Translations under genes and position numbers: made by a program
Assembly: GCF_000421745.1 (NCBI RefSeq)
Contig: NZ_ATXP01000001.1
Location: forward strand, 324,708-348,707
Length of the DNA stretch: 24,000 bases
Direction: 5' to 3'
Source of the DNA: Nesterenkonia alba DSM 19423
GTDB taxonomy: Bacteria; Actinomycetota; Actinomycetes; Actinomycetales; Micrococcaceae
In this document: piece by piece, positions 22,442 to 24,000 of the stretch
Layout: each line of letters begins with the position of its first letter
How positions within the stretch are numbered: position 1 is the stretch's first letter
Notes under the pieces: model-generated
What the model saw: only the letters and a program-made list of their open reading frames with translations
Told to the model about the DNA's origin: nothing
The model's database searches: none

Positions 22442-24000
<1,559 letters not shown>

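Overview
The window is a high-G+C actinobacterial chromosome segment (Corynebacteriales/Micrococcales-like gene content; no species call). It is mostly core and housekeeping. Plus strand: an orphan OmpR-type winged-helix regulator coupled to a SixA-like histidine phosphatase, tRNA-Arg(ACG), GTP-dependent PEP carboxykinase (pckG), an iron-siderophore-type ABC importer (lipoprotein plus two FecCD permeases, no ATPase), two hypothetical proteins, a small DUF2516-like membrane protein and gpmA. Minus strand: a GbsR/MarR-like regulator, phosphomannomutase/phosphoglucomutase, tRNA-Ser(TGA), a 957-aa FAD/Fe-S oxidoreductase (YdiJ/GlcD-GlcF-fusion type), tRNA-Thr(CGT), a tandem universal stress protein, a tmk-holB-TAP-like hydrolase operon with overlapping junctions, and the 3' two-thirds of monomeric isocitrate dehydrogenase (icd), which runs off the window. 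The only clearly accessory stretch is about 1.7-4.45 kb, between tRNA-Arg and pckG. It holds a lower-G+C block (nitronate monooxygenase, an uncharacterised 3-TM protein, a ~37% G+C spacer), then a RelE/ParE-RHH toxin-antitoxin pair. The TA pair is bracketed by a 23-nt direct repeat, and a dense cluster of GCAGRTGACA / TGTCAGG motifs reaches the pckG leader. I see no CRISPR array, transposase, integrase, rRNA or large multi-gene defence system. The best candidates for something undescribed are the repeat-bracketed TA cassette with its motif family, the unknown membrane protein, and the receiver-less wHTH/SixA pair. All of these are modest and need database and comparative checks.
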